A stretch of 64,000 nucleotides of DNA from an uncultured Chloroflexia bacterium (lineage in GTDB: Bacteria; Chloroflexota; Limnocylindria; Limnocylindrales; CSP1-4). The stretch is from the NCBI GenBank assembly GCA_963707215.1, contig CAVPPB010000003.1, positions 1,312,001 to 1,376,000 of the forward strand, given 5' to 3'. The translations under genes were made by a program, and so were the position numbers. A model generated the notes under the pieces. That model searched no databases, was not told the origin of the DNA, and saw only the letters and a program-made list of their open reading frames with translations. Shown piece after piece: positions 29,686 to 40,400 of this stretch (its first letter is position 1; each line of letters starts with the position of its first letter).

Positions 29686-30639
29686 TCAGGGCACCGGGAC
29701 GATCGGGTCCGAGCTCGGTGACGGCTCCTGGCCGTCGGTGGGGCTCGCGTCGGGACCGGGCGTGGCACCGGGCAGATCCTCGGGCAGCGGCAGCGTCCCG
29801 TCGTAGTCGGTGATGACGAGGACGTAGACGAGCCGGTCTGGATCGATGACCGGCTCGAGGTAGACGGTCTGGACCACCGCGTTGGCGTCCTGCTTCACGT
29901 CGACGACCTGGCCGAGGAGCAGGCCCCGGGGATAGGGTGACCTGACCCCTCCGGCGAGCTCGATCCCGGCGGTGAGGACCTCCTCGCCCACCAGCACGTC
30001 GACCGTCGCATCGACGTTGCGCATGACGAGGACGCCGCCGAGCTGACCGACCACCTCGCCGGTGGCCCCGGAGGACGGAAGCTCGCCGACGACCGTGGAG
30101 CCACCGTCGTTGATGAGCTGGACCGTCGCGAAGTTGGGGCCGATCGCGATGATGCGACCGGCCAGGGCGCCGCCTGCGGCGATGACGACGTCCCCGAGGG
30201 CCAGGTCGTCGTCCGTCCCGCGGTCGAGCGTGGCGACCCGCCGGAACTCAGAGGACTCGCGGGCGACGATCCGGGCGGCGACCGTCTCGTGCTCGAGGCC
30301 GGAGCGGAGCTGGAGAAGAGCCGTCAGCTCGTCGTTCTCGCGCTGGGTGGCCTCGAGCCGGGTGTTGAGCGACCGCAGCCGGTCGTTCTCGGAACGGAGG
30401 GTCTCGTTGTCCTGGCGGAGCCGGTCGATCTCGGTGATGGCCTCGACGGCCGATGCGGCCTGGGCGGCGATCCCGTCGACAGCCGACTGGACGGGCCGGA
30501 AGGCAAAGCCGACGCCGCGCTGCAGCTCGACGACGAGCCAGTTCGACGAGAGCGCCATCAGGCCGAGCGTCGTCGCCAGGAGGACCAGGAAGACGGTGGC
30601 GCGGCGGCGGGTCGAGCGGGAGGAAAGGAGAGCGCTCAT
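29686..30639 (-). CDS. mreC: Rod shape-determining protein MreC
   Basis: N-terminal TM, coiled coil (LRQDNETLRSENDRL...RENDELTALL), LDRG, YPRGLLLGQV; directly downstream of mreB. Confidence 0.9.
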   Translation of the reverse strand: MSALLSSRSTRRRATVFLVLLATTLGLMALSSNWLVVELQRGVGFAFRPVQSAVDGIAAQAASAVEAITEIDRLRQDNETLRSENDRLRSLNTRLEATQRENDELTALLQLRSGLEHETVAARIVARESSEFRRVATLDRGTDDDLALGDVVIAAGGALAGRIIAIGPNFATVQLINDGGSTVVGELPSSGATGEVVGQLGGVLVMRNVDATVDVLVGEEVLTAGIELAGGVRSPYPRGLLLGQVVDVKQDANAVVQTVYLEPVIDPDRLVYVLVITDYDGTLPLPEDLPGATPGPDASPTDGQEPSPSSDPIVPVP

Positions 30640-30676
30640 CGGCGTGACGACGTCCGACCCATGGGACCCGTGACGC

Positions 30677-31738
30677 CTATCGCGGTGGCCGCGAGTACGT
30701 CTCGGCGACCAGGACCCGGGCCATGTTCGGATTGCGCGACATCTCCTGGAGGACCAGGCCGGTGCCACGGGCGACGCAGGTCAGCGGATCGTCGGCGACG
30801 TGGACCGGCATCTGGGTAGCCTCGGCGGTCCGTCGGTCAAGGCCGGCGAGCAGCGCCCCGCCGCCGGCCAGGACGATGCCCTGGTCCATGATGTCCGCCA
30901 CCAGCTCGGGCGGGGTCTCCTCGATGGTGTCCTTGATCGTGTCCACGATCTGAACGACCGATGGCTCGATCGCCTCGCGGATCTGGTCCGCCCCCACCTC
31001 GACCGAGCGAGGAAGGCCGGTCAGCAGGTCGCGGCCCCGCAGGGTGACCCGCTGGCTGTCCCACTCGCCGGGATAGGCCGACCCGATGGCGATCTTGATG
31101 TCCTCGGCGGTCCGCTCGCCGAGGAACAGGTTGTACTCACGGCGGGCGAAGCCGACGATGTCCTGGTCCATCTCGTCGCCGCCGATGCGGATCGAGCGGC
31201 TGACGACGATGCCGCCGAGGCTCAGGACGGCGACCTCGGTCGTCCCGCCGCCGATGTCCACGATGAGCGACCCTGACGGCTCGCTGACCGGCAGGCCGGC
31301 GCCGATCGCTGCCGCCATCGGCTCCTCGATGAGCCGGGCCCAGCGGGCGCCCGCGTTGAGGGCCGCGTCCCGGACGGCGCGCTTCTCGACCTCGGTGACG
31401 CCGGACGGGATGCCCAGCAGCATCCGGGGTCGTGGGATCAGGCCGATCCGGTCATGGACCCGCTGCACGAAGTACTTGATCATCTGCTCGGTCACATCGA
31501 AATCCGAGATGACCCCATCGCGGAGCGGTCGGACGGCGATGATCGAGGCGGGGGTCCGACCGACCATCCGCTTGGCCTCGGCGCCGATGGCCAGGACCTT
31601 CTTCGACTTGGCCTCGATGGCGACGACGCTGGGCTCGCTGATCACGATGCCGCGGTCGCGAACGTGGACGAGCGTGTTGGCCGTGCCGAGGTCGATCCCG
31701 ATGTCACGGGAGAAGAGGCCGAGGAAGGCGTCGAGCAT
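30677..31738 (-). CDS. mreB: Rod shape-determining protein MreB
   Basis: IGIDLGTANT, EPSVVA, RPLRDGVI, TEVEKRA, DIGGGTTE, LAGGGALL. Confidence 0.97.
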   Translation of the reverse strand: MLDAFLGLFSRDIGIDLGTANTLVHVRDRGIVISEPSVVAIEAKSKKVLAIGAEAKRMVGRTPASIIAVRPLRDGVISDFDVTEQMIKYFVQRVHDRIGLIPRPRMLLGIPSGVTEVEKRAVRDAALNAGARWARLIEEPMAAAIGAGLPVSEPSGSLIVDIGGGTTEVAVLSLGGIVVSRSIRIGGDEMDQDIVGFARREYNLFLGERTAEDIKIAIGSAYPGEWDSQRVTLRGRDLLTGLPRSVEVGADQIREAIEPSVVQIVDTIKDTIEETPPELVADIMDQGIVLAGGGALLAGLDRRTAEATQMPVHVADDPLTCVARGTGLVLQEMSRNPNMARVLVAETYSRPPR

Positions 31739-32031
31739 GGGGCGGGATGGTCCTTCGTGATCGAGGCGTCCCGCGGACGGCGACGGGGGTCGCGCGGATC
31801 GCTCGGGGGAAGCGTCGGGAGAGCCCGCAGAGTATAGCCGCTACCTGCCCGATCCCCGTCGGCGGCCGCACGGGATCGGCGTCGCTCGTGCGGTCCGGAC
31901 CCGGTCGGCCGGGAGCCGCAGGCCACTATGATGGTCCGACACGCGTCGGCCGCGGTCGTCCGGCTGCTTCGGCCCCACCGACGTCCGGACGGTCCCTGCC
32001 ATCCCGAAGCGGCCGTATCGAGGCCAGAGCC

Positions 32032-33357
32032 ATGGGTCGACTCCGCCTGATCATCCCGTTCGCGCTCGGCGCCGGGGCCGGCGCCGCCGTCGCCATGCGG
32101 CTCCGCCAGCCGCCACGGCGGAACGTCTTCCCGCCCGGGCCGGAAGCCGTCGCCCCGGAGGCCGCCCGTGCCCTGGCCGGGCGCTATGCCGCCATCGAGG
32201 TCGGCCGGGCCGACCTGGCCATCGAGTACGCGACGGCGACGATCGAGCGGCCGGAGCTGCTCGTCGACGGGCCGGCGTTCTTCCCCCGGATGCTCGACGA
32301 CTTCCGCTCGGCCACGAGCTCGATCCACGGCAACATCTACGGGTTCCGGCCGGGCGCCATCGGGGACGAGTTCGCCGATGTCCTGATCGATGCAGCTCGC
32401 CGGGGTGTCGAGGTCCGCCTCACCACCGACGAGGTCCAGAGCGGGCCCAATCTCATCTACCGCAAGTTCTGGGCCCCGATGGTCGAGGCCGGCGTACAGG
32501 TGACGTCGAACCAGGGGCTCTTCCTGGACCTCGACGGGCTGGTGGGTGGCGAGCTGCGTCTCGATCCCCGTTTCGACGACTTCGGACACTTCCTCCACGA
32601 GAAGGCGTTCGTCGTGGACGGACGGGTCGGCTGGGTCGGCGGCATGGGCATCGAGGACCACTTCAACGACGGCGAGTTCAGCGACGTGATGCTGCGCTTC
32701 GAGGGCGCGGCCGTCGGCCAGCTCCAGACGATCATCCTGGGGACCTTCCGCCACCAGGGCGGGCCGCTACCGACGGATCCGGCCGGCCTCGAGCGATGGT
32801 TCCCGACCCCGGCCGAGCCGTCGTCTGACGCGGTCCGGGCGACGCTCGTCCGGAACGTCCCCGGCGAGGGCTTCCACCAGAACAGCCAGGCCCACCTGCT
32901 CCTCATGACGGAGGCCCGCGAGCGTCTCGACGTCATCAACCCGTACGTCACCGAGCACCCGGTCATCGAGGCCCTCATCGCCGCCGCCCAGCGCGGTGTC
33001 AAGGTGCGCCTGATCATCCCCGGCAAGCCGACCCCCGTCTTCATGGCCATGGCCCTGGAGAACAACTACGACCGGCTGAACGAGGCCGGGGTCAGCGTGC
33101 TGAAGCATCCGGTCATGTGCCATACGAAGGTCACCCTCGCCGACGACCGGGTCCTGCTGGGCAGCTGCAACCTCGATGCCCGCAGCCTGTGGATGAACTA
33201 CGAGCTCGGGATCTTCATCGAGGACGCAGCCTTCGCAGAGCAGGTCGGACGCGAGCTGTTCGACGTGGAGTCGGCCAGGTCGACGCCGGTCGAGCCGGCC
33301 CAGGGGTCGGCAGCGATCGTCAACGCGATCGTCGACCGGTTCTGGAAGCTGCTCTAG
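32032..33357 (+). CDS. Phospholipase D superfamily protein (cardiolipin synthase-like)
   Basis: Two HKD motifs (HEKAFVVD, HTKVTLAD), GSCNLDARS, NYE; N-terminal hydrophobic anchor from ATG 32032. Confidence 0.88.
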   Translation: MGRLRLIIPFALGAGAGAAVAMRLRQPPRRNVFPPGPEAVAPEAARALAGRYAAIEVGRADLAIEYATATIERPELLVDGPAFFPRMLDDFRSATSSIHGNIYGFRPGAIGDEFADVLIDAARRGVEVRLTTDEVQSGPNLIYRKFWAPMVEAGVQVTSNQGLFLDLDGLVGGELRLDPRFDDFGHFLHEKAFVVDGRVGWVGGMGIEDHFNDGEFSDVMLRFEGAAVGQLQTIILGTFRHQGGPLPTDPAGLERWFPTPAEPSSDAVRATLVRNVPGEGFHQNSQAHLLLMTEARERLDVINPYVTEHPVIEALIAAAQRGVKVRLIIPGKPTPVFMAMALENNYDRLNEAGVSVLKHPVMCHTKVTLADDRVLLGSCNLDARSLWMNYELGIFIEDAAFAEQVGRELFDVESARSTPVEPAQGSAAIVNAIVDRFWKLL

Positions 33358-34088
33358 CTGCCCCGGGATGCGGCCGCGGGTCGGTCGAAGGCGATCCCGC
33401 GGTCGCGGAGCGACACCCAGGCGTCGTGGCCGACCACCAGGTGGTCGAGGACTTCGACGTCGAGCAGCCGCCCGGCGGACAGGGCCTCGACGGTCAGGTG
33501 GAGGTCGTCGGGGCTCGGCGTAGGATCGCCGCTCGGGTGGTTGTGCACCAGGATCACCGCGGCCGCATCGAGGCGGACCGCGTCCCGAAAGAGCTCGCCG
33601 ATCCTGACGAGCGAGGTGCTGATGTTGCCGACGTAGACGGTCGTCACGCGGAGCACGACGTTCCTGGTGTTGAGGAGGACGACCCGCAGCTCCTCGCGGG
33701 CCAGATGGCCCATCTGGAGCACCAGGCGATCGGCGATGTCGGCCGGCGTTCGGACCGTCCAGCGGCCGGCCGGCCAGTCCGCCAAGAGACGTCGGCCGAG
33801 CTCGAAGGAGGCCACCAGCTGACCAGCCCGGACCGGCCCGACGCCGGACAGTCCGGCCAGCTCCAGCTCGCTCGCCCGGGCGAGCCCTGCCAGCCCGTCG
33901 TGGCGGACGAGCGCCTCGTGGGCGATATCAACGGCGCTCCGGCCGCGCGCGCCGGATCCCCAGACCAGGGCGACGAGCTCTGCCGCCGAGAGCCCGGCGA
34001 CGCCGCGGAGCGCCAGCCGTTCGCGGGGTCGCTCATCGGCCGGGAGCTCCCGGATGCGTCGCGCGATCGGCTGGTTCGAGCTGACCAT
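33354..34088 (-). CDS. radC: RadC family JAB-domain protein
   Basis: ERPRERL, LSAAEL, HhH segment, VHNHPSGDPTPSPDD, VLDHLVVG. Confidence 0.93.
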   Translation of the reverse strand: MVSSNQPIARRIRELPADERPRERLALRGVAGLSAAELVALVWGSGARGRSAVDIAHEALVRHDGLAGLARASELELAGLSGVGPVRAGQLVASFELGRRLLADWPAGRWTVRTPADIADRLVLQMGHLAREELRVVLLNTRNVVLRVTTVYVGNISTSLVRIGELFRDAVRLDAAAVILVHNHPSGDPTPSPDDLHLTVEALSAGRLLDVEVLDHLVVGHDAWVSLRDRGIAFDRPAAASRGS

Positions 34089-34283
34089 CGGACCTCCGTT
34101 GGGATGTCCCCGGACCCCGGACGACGGAGCCCGCCGATCTCCCCGCCATCCGGGACCCGAGGACATCGCGCAGGCTACGGGCGGGGGCTTGCCGGTGACT
34201 CATCCCGGCCTCCACCATGCCTGCACGGCGGGAGCCGGGCCTGGTGGCGACGGGCCGGCGACCCGTCACGAGAGGAGGTCGGG

Positions 34284-34604
34284 ATGATCGCTCGCACCTG
34301 GCGGGGATGGACGAGGGCCGACGACGCCGATGCCTACGCCGACTACGTGGCAGCGACCGGGCTGGTCGCCTACCGGGCGACGCCGGGGAACCGGGGAGCG
34401 TGGGTCCTGACGCGGGTCGATGGCGATCAGGCGGAGATCCTGGCGGTGTCGCTGTGGGACGACCTCGAGGCCATCCGGTCCTTCGCCGGCGAGAGTCTCG
34501 ACCGGGCGGTCTTCTACCCGGAAGACGACCGCTTCCTGGTCGCCCGCGAGACGACCGCCCGCCACTGGGCGGTGCGGTCAGCCGACGAGGCGGCGGAGGC
34601 CTAG
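34284..34604 (+). CDS. Antibiotic biosynthesis monooxygenase-like (dimeric alpha/beta barrel) protein
   Basis: GAGGAGG RBS then MIARTWRG...TPGNRGA...SLWDDLEAIRSFAG...AVFYPEDDRFLV. Confidence 0.8.
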   Translation: MIARTWRGWTRADDADAYADYVAATGLVAYRATPGNRGAWVLTRVDGDQAEILAVSLWDDLEAIRSFAGESLDRAVFYPEDDRFLVARETTARHWAVRSADEAAEA

Positions 34605-35670
34605 CCGGAGCTGCCAGCCGCGCCCAGCGCAAGGAGACCGGCAGGGCGTTGTAGGCCGCGTGCAGGCCGATCGCCGCGTACAGGGAGTCCCGGCGGACGA
34701 AGACCCAGCCGAGGGCGAGTCCGACCGGGACCCGGATCAGGAACGCGACGAGGGCCATCTGGATGCCCTCCTCGAATGACGCACCGCCGAGGGTCAGGAT
34801 GTGGACCGCGGCGAAGAAGATGCCGCCCCGGACGATCGCTCGGGTCGGCCCGATGTCGCGAAGCCAGGCCGTGGTGGCGAAGCCCCGGAAGAACACCTCC
34901 TCGGCGATCGGCGCGACGAGCGCGGCCGCGACCACGTTGAGGACGGCCCCGGGGAGGTCCGGCGCACTGGGCAGCGGGCTCTCCGGAAGGGCCAGGAAGA
35001 GACTGAGGACCAGCGCCAGGACTCCCGTCAACAGGACGAGCGGCACACCGAGGACGGCCCCGTAGAGCACGTGGCCGAGATCGGCACGCGTCGGCCGATG
35101 GAGCCCCATCTCGCGCCAGGTCAGGGCCCCGAAGTCGACGACGAGGAGTCGGATCAGGACCACGTAGACCACCGCGGTCAGCAGCAGGCCGAGGAGCCCG
35201 GCTGCCGGCGACATCAGGTCGACACCAACGAGCCCGAGGGGGATCACCAGGAGCAGCTGGAGGACGAAGGTGACCGGGATGACGGCGGCGAACACCAGGA
35301 ACGGCGAGGGGCCCCGGTAGGCGCCGCGAGCGGCTGCCCGCCGCTCCATGGCCTGTGAGCCGGCGCCGGCGACGAGGCCGACGGCGAGCAGGCCGAGCCC
35401 GATCGAGCTCAGGACGATCGAGCTGGACCCACCACCCGACATCAGCCCGACCCCGAGGAACCCCGCCCCAACGATGAAGGCGATCCAGCCCAGCCAGAAG
35501 AGGCCGGGGGCCGCCCGCCCCTCGATGGTGAAGGTCTCGGCCCCTGGGCGGCTCGGGGGTCGCTCGGTCGCCTCCACGTCACCCGTGTCGACCGGTCCGG
35601 GGTCGGACTCGGGCGGCTCCGACCGCGTGAGCGCACCCGGTTCGGGATCGCCCGATCCGGTCGTCGTCAA
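34601..35670 (-). CDS. CPBP (CAAX/Abi) family intramembrane glutamic endopeptidase; probable 1-nt indel near 34635
   Basis: APIAEEVFFRG, FFAAVH, AIGLHAAYN and many TM helices. TTG start overlaps the upstream stop. Restoring one base gives ...PVLLALGAAGSSG and a stop at 34601. Confidence 0.85.
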
Positions 35671-36308
35671 CGCTCGGGGACTGGGTCCGTCGGACTGACC
35701 TGGCCCCCGCCTCGCGGCGCCCGACTCCGGGACATCGCCGGCCTCGGCGACGTCGGGCGGGCCGCCGGTCGCTCGCGACCGCGTGCCGGCTCCGTTGGCA
35801 CCGGCATCGCCGCGGGCTCGACCGCTGGGCGACGCTCGAAATCCTTGCCGCACCAGGCGCACAGCGACCAGTCGAGCCCGACCAGCTTGCTGCAGTTGGG
35901 GCAGACCCGGTTGAGACGCGTCCGGCAGGTCGGGCAGATGATCCACTCGTCGTGGACCCGGCGCTGGCAGGTGGGACAGGTATGGATGGCCTCGACCTCA
36001 GCGAGGAGCGCCTCCTCGGCCAGACGCCGCTCGCTCACCTCGCCGATCCGCTCGGACGGCCGTACGAGACGGTAGATGATGACCGCGAGGGGGAAGAAGA
36101 TCGGGGTGAAGACGATGACAAGGGCCGCCGCGAGATAGGGCAGGAACGGGTTGTCGGATCGCCCGTGCATGTCCTTGAAGGCCCAGAAGGCGGCCGCGAG
36201 CCAGAGCACGACGAGGTACACGGCGAGGGCCCGCAGCCCGAGCTGGATGATCGGGCTGTCGATGAACTCGCCGATGGCGTCCGTGATGCCGTCGATCTCG
36301 AAGGGCAT
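35667..36308 (-). CDS. Membrane protein with double zinc ribbon
   Basis: Two TM helices followed by CPTC...CPTC...CPNC...CAWC. Confidence 0.85.
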   Translation of the reverse strand: MPFEIDGITDAIGEFIDSPIIQLGLRALAVYLVVLWLAAAFWAFKDMHGRSDNPFLPYLAAALVIVFTPIFFPLAVIIYRLVRPSERIGEVSERRLAEEALLAEVEAIHTCPTCQRRVHDEWIICPTCRTRLNRVCPNCSKLVGLDWSLCAWCGKDFERRPAVEPAAMPVPTEPARGRERPAARPTSPRPAMSRSRAPRGGGQVSPTDPVPER

Positions 36309-36434
36309 GTGGCGGGTCGACGCCTCCGGTCCGATGGTCTGTGACGTCGGCCGCCCGACGTCCGCGGCAGTGTAGCAGCCACGAGCCGCCCATCCTGCGG
36401 GACCGACGAGCAGCTTGCCCGGTGCGTGACGCGG

Positions 36435-37439
36435 TCAGTGCACCCGGGTCGGTCGCCGACCGCCGGTCCGGAGGACCTCCGCGGTCCAGAGTGCCGATCG
36501 CCAAGCGGAAGCCAGACCGGCCAGGGCAAGACCGGCGAACCAGACGATCACGAGGACGGTCGGCACCAGGATGACGCCCGGGCCAGGTTCGCCGAGCACG
36601 GCCCGCCGGGCGGCGTCCCAGGTCCACGAGGAGAGCAGGAGCGGTGGGACGATGAGCAGGATCGAGCCTCCCGTCGCCAGGATCGCCGTGGCGACCAAGC
36701 CGATCGGCGCCGAGACGATCGAGCGCCCCGCGCCCACGAACGACCCGAGGACGCCACGTCCGCCGAGCACGACCCAGCGGACCGCGAGCGCCCCGACAGC
36801 TTCGCTGACGAGCCAGGCCAGCCCCAGCAGGATCAGCGCGTCGGGAACCGCCTCGACGACCCGCAGCACGAGTGGAGCGGTGACGTCCCCCGGCGTGGTG
36901 ACCTCGCGGTAGACGGCGACGACGACGCGGATCAGCGCCCAGCCGAGCGCGGGGGCGAGCGGCAGGAGGGCGATCGACCGGACGACGAACACCCGCCACA
37001 CCTGGCCCCAGGCCGCGCGGCCCGGCGCCCGGTCGTCGAGCCGCCCGAGGCGCCCTCCCAGGATCGAGCCGAACCAGCGCACGAGCACCACATCCGCGGA
37101 TGCCCCGACCAGGCCGCCGACGAGGAACCAGACCAGCAGGGTCGCCGCGACCGACGCGATCAACGGTACGACCGTCGGGTTGGCTCCGGCGAGCGCGAGC
37201 AGGATGATCACCGGGCCGAGGGCCGTCGTCAGGCCCGTCACCGTCGGAAGGACGACGATCGGCAGCACGAAGGCGACCAGGCCGCCGCGGACCAGGAAGC
37301 CGGCCAGGGCCACGGGCCAGGCTGCCGGGCGGAACAGGGCGACCTCCGTCGCGTCCGAGGCGGCCGCGACCCAGCCTCGGCTGTCAGGCCGCTCGGCCGC
37401 CGGGGCGTCGCCGGCGGCGGCCGGCGCCGCGCCGGCCAT
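36435..37439 (-). CDS. Hypothetical multi-pass membrane protein
   Basis: Hydrophobic C-terminal part of ORF 36435..39236; ATG 37439 lies 2 nt after the UPF0182 stop. Confidence 0.7.
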   Translation of the reverse strand: MAGAAPAAAGDAPAAERPDSRGWVAAASDATEVALFRPAAWPVALAGFLVRGGLVAFVLPIVVLPTVTGLTTALGPVIILLALAGANPTVVPLIASVAATLLVWFLVGGLVGASADVVLVRWFGSILGGRLGRLDDRAPGRAAWGQVWRVFVVRSIALLPLAPALGWALIRVVVAVYREVTTPGDVTAPLVLRVVEAVPDALILLGLAWLVSEAVGALAVRWVVLGGRGVLGSFVGAGRSIVSAPIGLVATAILATGGSILLIVPPLLLSSWTWDAARRAVLGEPGPGVILVPTVLVIVWFAGLALAGLASAWRSALWTAEVLRTGGRRPTRVH

Positions 37440-37441
37440 GG

Positions 37442-40400
37442 TCAGGGGACCGGCGAGGGACTGGGGCTGACCTGCGGCGGCGGCGTCCCGACGAGCGTCG
37501 CCAGCTCCGCCAGGGCGGCCTCCACCAGATCCATCTCCGCCCCGTAGGTAGCGAAGTCGCCGGCGCGAAGCGCCTGCTGGGCCAGCTCGAAGTGGAAGTT
37601 GGCGTAGTCGACGAGAGCCTGGACGTCGCCACTGGGGAGGCTCGGTCCCGGGGTCGGGCTGACGCCTGGCGACGGCGACGGCCCGGGGGTCGGCGTGGGC
37701 CCGGGGGTCGGCGTCGGGGTGACCCCCGCGTCGGCCTCGAGCAGCAGGTCGAGCGCCTCGCGCAGCGAGTCCGCCCAGACCACCGAGGTCGGCGAGGCGA
37801 CGACGATGCGCTGGAACTCGGGGAACGACGAGCCGGTGGACTGGAGGTAGACGGGCTGCAGGTAGACGACCGAATCCTGGACCGGGACCACGAGCAGGTT
37901 GCCGCGGATGACCGTGCTGCCGGCCTGGCTCCAGAGGGTGATCTGGGAGCTGATGATCGGGTCCTGGTCGATGAGCGCCTCGACCTGGGCCGGCCCGAAG
38001 ACCGTCGTGTTCGACGGGAACTGGTAGAAGCGGACCTGGCCGTAGACCTCGGGGTCGTTGCGGGCCGCCACCCAGGAGATCATGTTCGGCCGGCCACGGG
38101 GGACCATGGGCTGGAGGAGCAGGAACTCGGCATCCTCCTCCCCGGGCATCCGCATGATCACGTAGTAGGCCTCGCTCGGAAGCGACTGCTCGCTCGTCGT
38201 CCCCGTCGGCACGGTCCAGAGGTCGTCGTTCTGGAAGAACGTCAGCGGGTTGGTGACGTGGTAGCGGCCGAACACGCGGGCCTGGACGTTGAACTGCTCC
38301 TCCGGGTAGCGGAGGTGGCCGGCGAGGTCGTCGGGCAGCTGGTCGAGCGGCCGGAAGAGCTCGGGGAAGATGCCCTGGTAGGCGCGGATCAGCGCGTCGT
38401 CCGGATCGGCCACGTAGAAGGTGGTCGTGCCGTCGTAGGCGTCCATGACGACCTTGACGCTGTTGCGGATGTAGTTGAACGGATCGCCCCCGAGGTTGGT
38501 CTGCTCCAGCTCCGAGGTCGGGAAGAAGTACTCGGCGTTCGGGAAGCGGTCGGTCACCGTGTAGGCGTCCTGGATGAAGACCAGCCCGCCGTCCGGCTTG
38601 GCGACGAGGTAGGGGTCGCGGTCGTAGCGCAGGAACGGCGCGATCCGCGGCAGGCGGTCGGCGATCGAGCGGTGGAAGAGCAGCTGGCTCTCGCTGGTGA
38701 CCTGGTCCGAGATGAGCAGGTTCAGGTCCCGGAAGCGGAGGGCGAACAGGAGGCGGGTCAGCGTCGAGTCGATCGGGATGCCGCTCGAGCCCGTCCAGCG
38801 GTACTCGGCGCCCTGCTCGGTCCCCTCGCCCTCGCTGCCGGTGCCCGACGGGAAGTCGAACTCGGGCTGGCGGGCGCCCACGATGATGTAGTCGCTGGTC
38901 AGTTCGCCGAAGTAGATCCGCGGTTGGGTGATCTCGGGCGCGCCATCGGAGGACACCGGCGGCAGGTCGCGGATCCAGAGTCGCGGCTGACCCTGGCCCA
39001 CGACCTCGTTGACCGGGACCATGACGGCCCCGATGCCGTGGGTGTAGATGATCCGGGTGTTGAGCCAGTTCTGGGTGATCCGCGAGCCGGCCAGGTCGAG
39101 CTCTCGGGCTGACAGCATGACCTGCCGGCGCTCGTCCTCGATGTCGTAGCGGTCGGTGTCGACGTCCAGGAAGTCGTAGTACTGGCGGACCGTCTGGAGC
39201 TGATCGATCGTCGTCCGCAGGGGACGGTAGTCCCACAGCCGGGCGTTGCCGAAGGTGGCCGCCTCGCCCTCGATGTCGGCAGCGCTGAGCGGCTGGTCGC
39301 CGCTGTAGTCCTGGCGCTCCCAGTCGACGAGCCCGTACGACAGCCGCGTCATCGCGATGTTGTAGCGGATGTACGGCTCTTCGTTGGCATAGGGGTTGGG
39401 CGTGACGACGAAGCGCTGGATGATCTCCGGGTAGACCGCCCCGAGCACGATCGAGGCGCCGAACCAGATGACGAGGGCGCCGCCGAGCGGCCAGATCATC
39501 CGGGTGAAGGCCCCGCCGACCAGGAGGGCCGCAGCCAGGGCCGCGATGATGGTCAGCGCGTCGAAGGCGAAGAAGCGGGCGGCCTGGTCAGCGTAGCCGA
39601 TGCCGGTCGCCACGCCGTTGGCGCTATACACGAGCTCGAACTTGTCGAGCTGGTAGCCGAACGCCACCGATACCAGGTACAGCCCGCCGAGGACGGCCAG
39701 GTGGACCCGGACCGGGGTCGGGAAGCTGAAGCCGCCGGCCCGCAGGGCGGCCACGACGTAGCGGCCGCCGGCCACGAGCAGGGCCCCGATGATCACGCCG
39801 TTGGCGATCGACTGGATGAGCCGGAAGAACGGCAGCTCGAACAGGAAGAAGCCGATGTCCCGGCCGAAGACCGGGTCGGTCACCGGATCGCCGCTGGGCG
39901 CGAAGGGGACCCGATTGACCCACAGGAGGATCGTCTCCCAGGCTCCGGAAACGGCAGCGGCCAGGGTGAGCGCCAGGAACACGGTCAGCCCGACCAGCGC
40001 CACGGTGGCGATCGGCGTCAGGTCCGGGAGCTCCTCCGGGCCGACCGAGACCGGTCGGGCGCGGCTCGGCCCCCCGGCGCCCGGGCCGCTGAACGGGTCG
40101 GACCAACCCGATCGCCGCCCATCGGCGTCCCGTGAGGCCTCGGCCAGACGGTCGACGAACGACCGCAGGCTCGGCCCGCCGGGCTGGGGTGGCGGGGCCA
40201 GGCGGCCTGCCAGCCAGAGGTTCGAGAGCAGGATCAGCAGGCCGCCGATGAAGATGCCGAGGAAGAGCCAGAACTCGGTCACGATCCGGGTCCAGAAGAC
40301 GGAGTCGTAGCCGACGGAACCGAACCAGATGGCGTCCGTCCACAGGTCGACCGCGAAGCCGAGCAGCGGGACGGCGACCAGGATGACGACGCCGATGGCG

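Noticed and set aside
33354-34088. radC as a marker of a mobile or anti-restriction element
   Set aside because: It is the full-length chromosomal form in its usual position near mreBC, with no integrase or att-like repeats.
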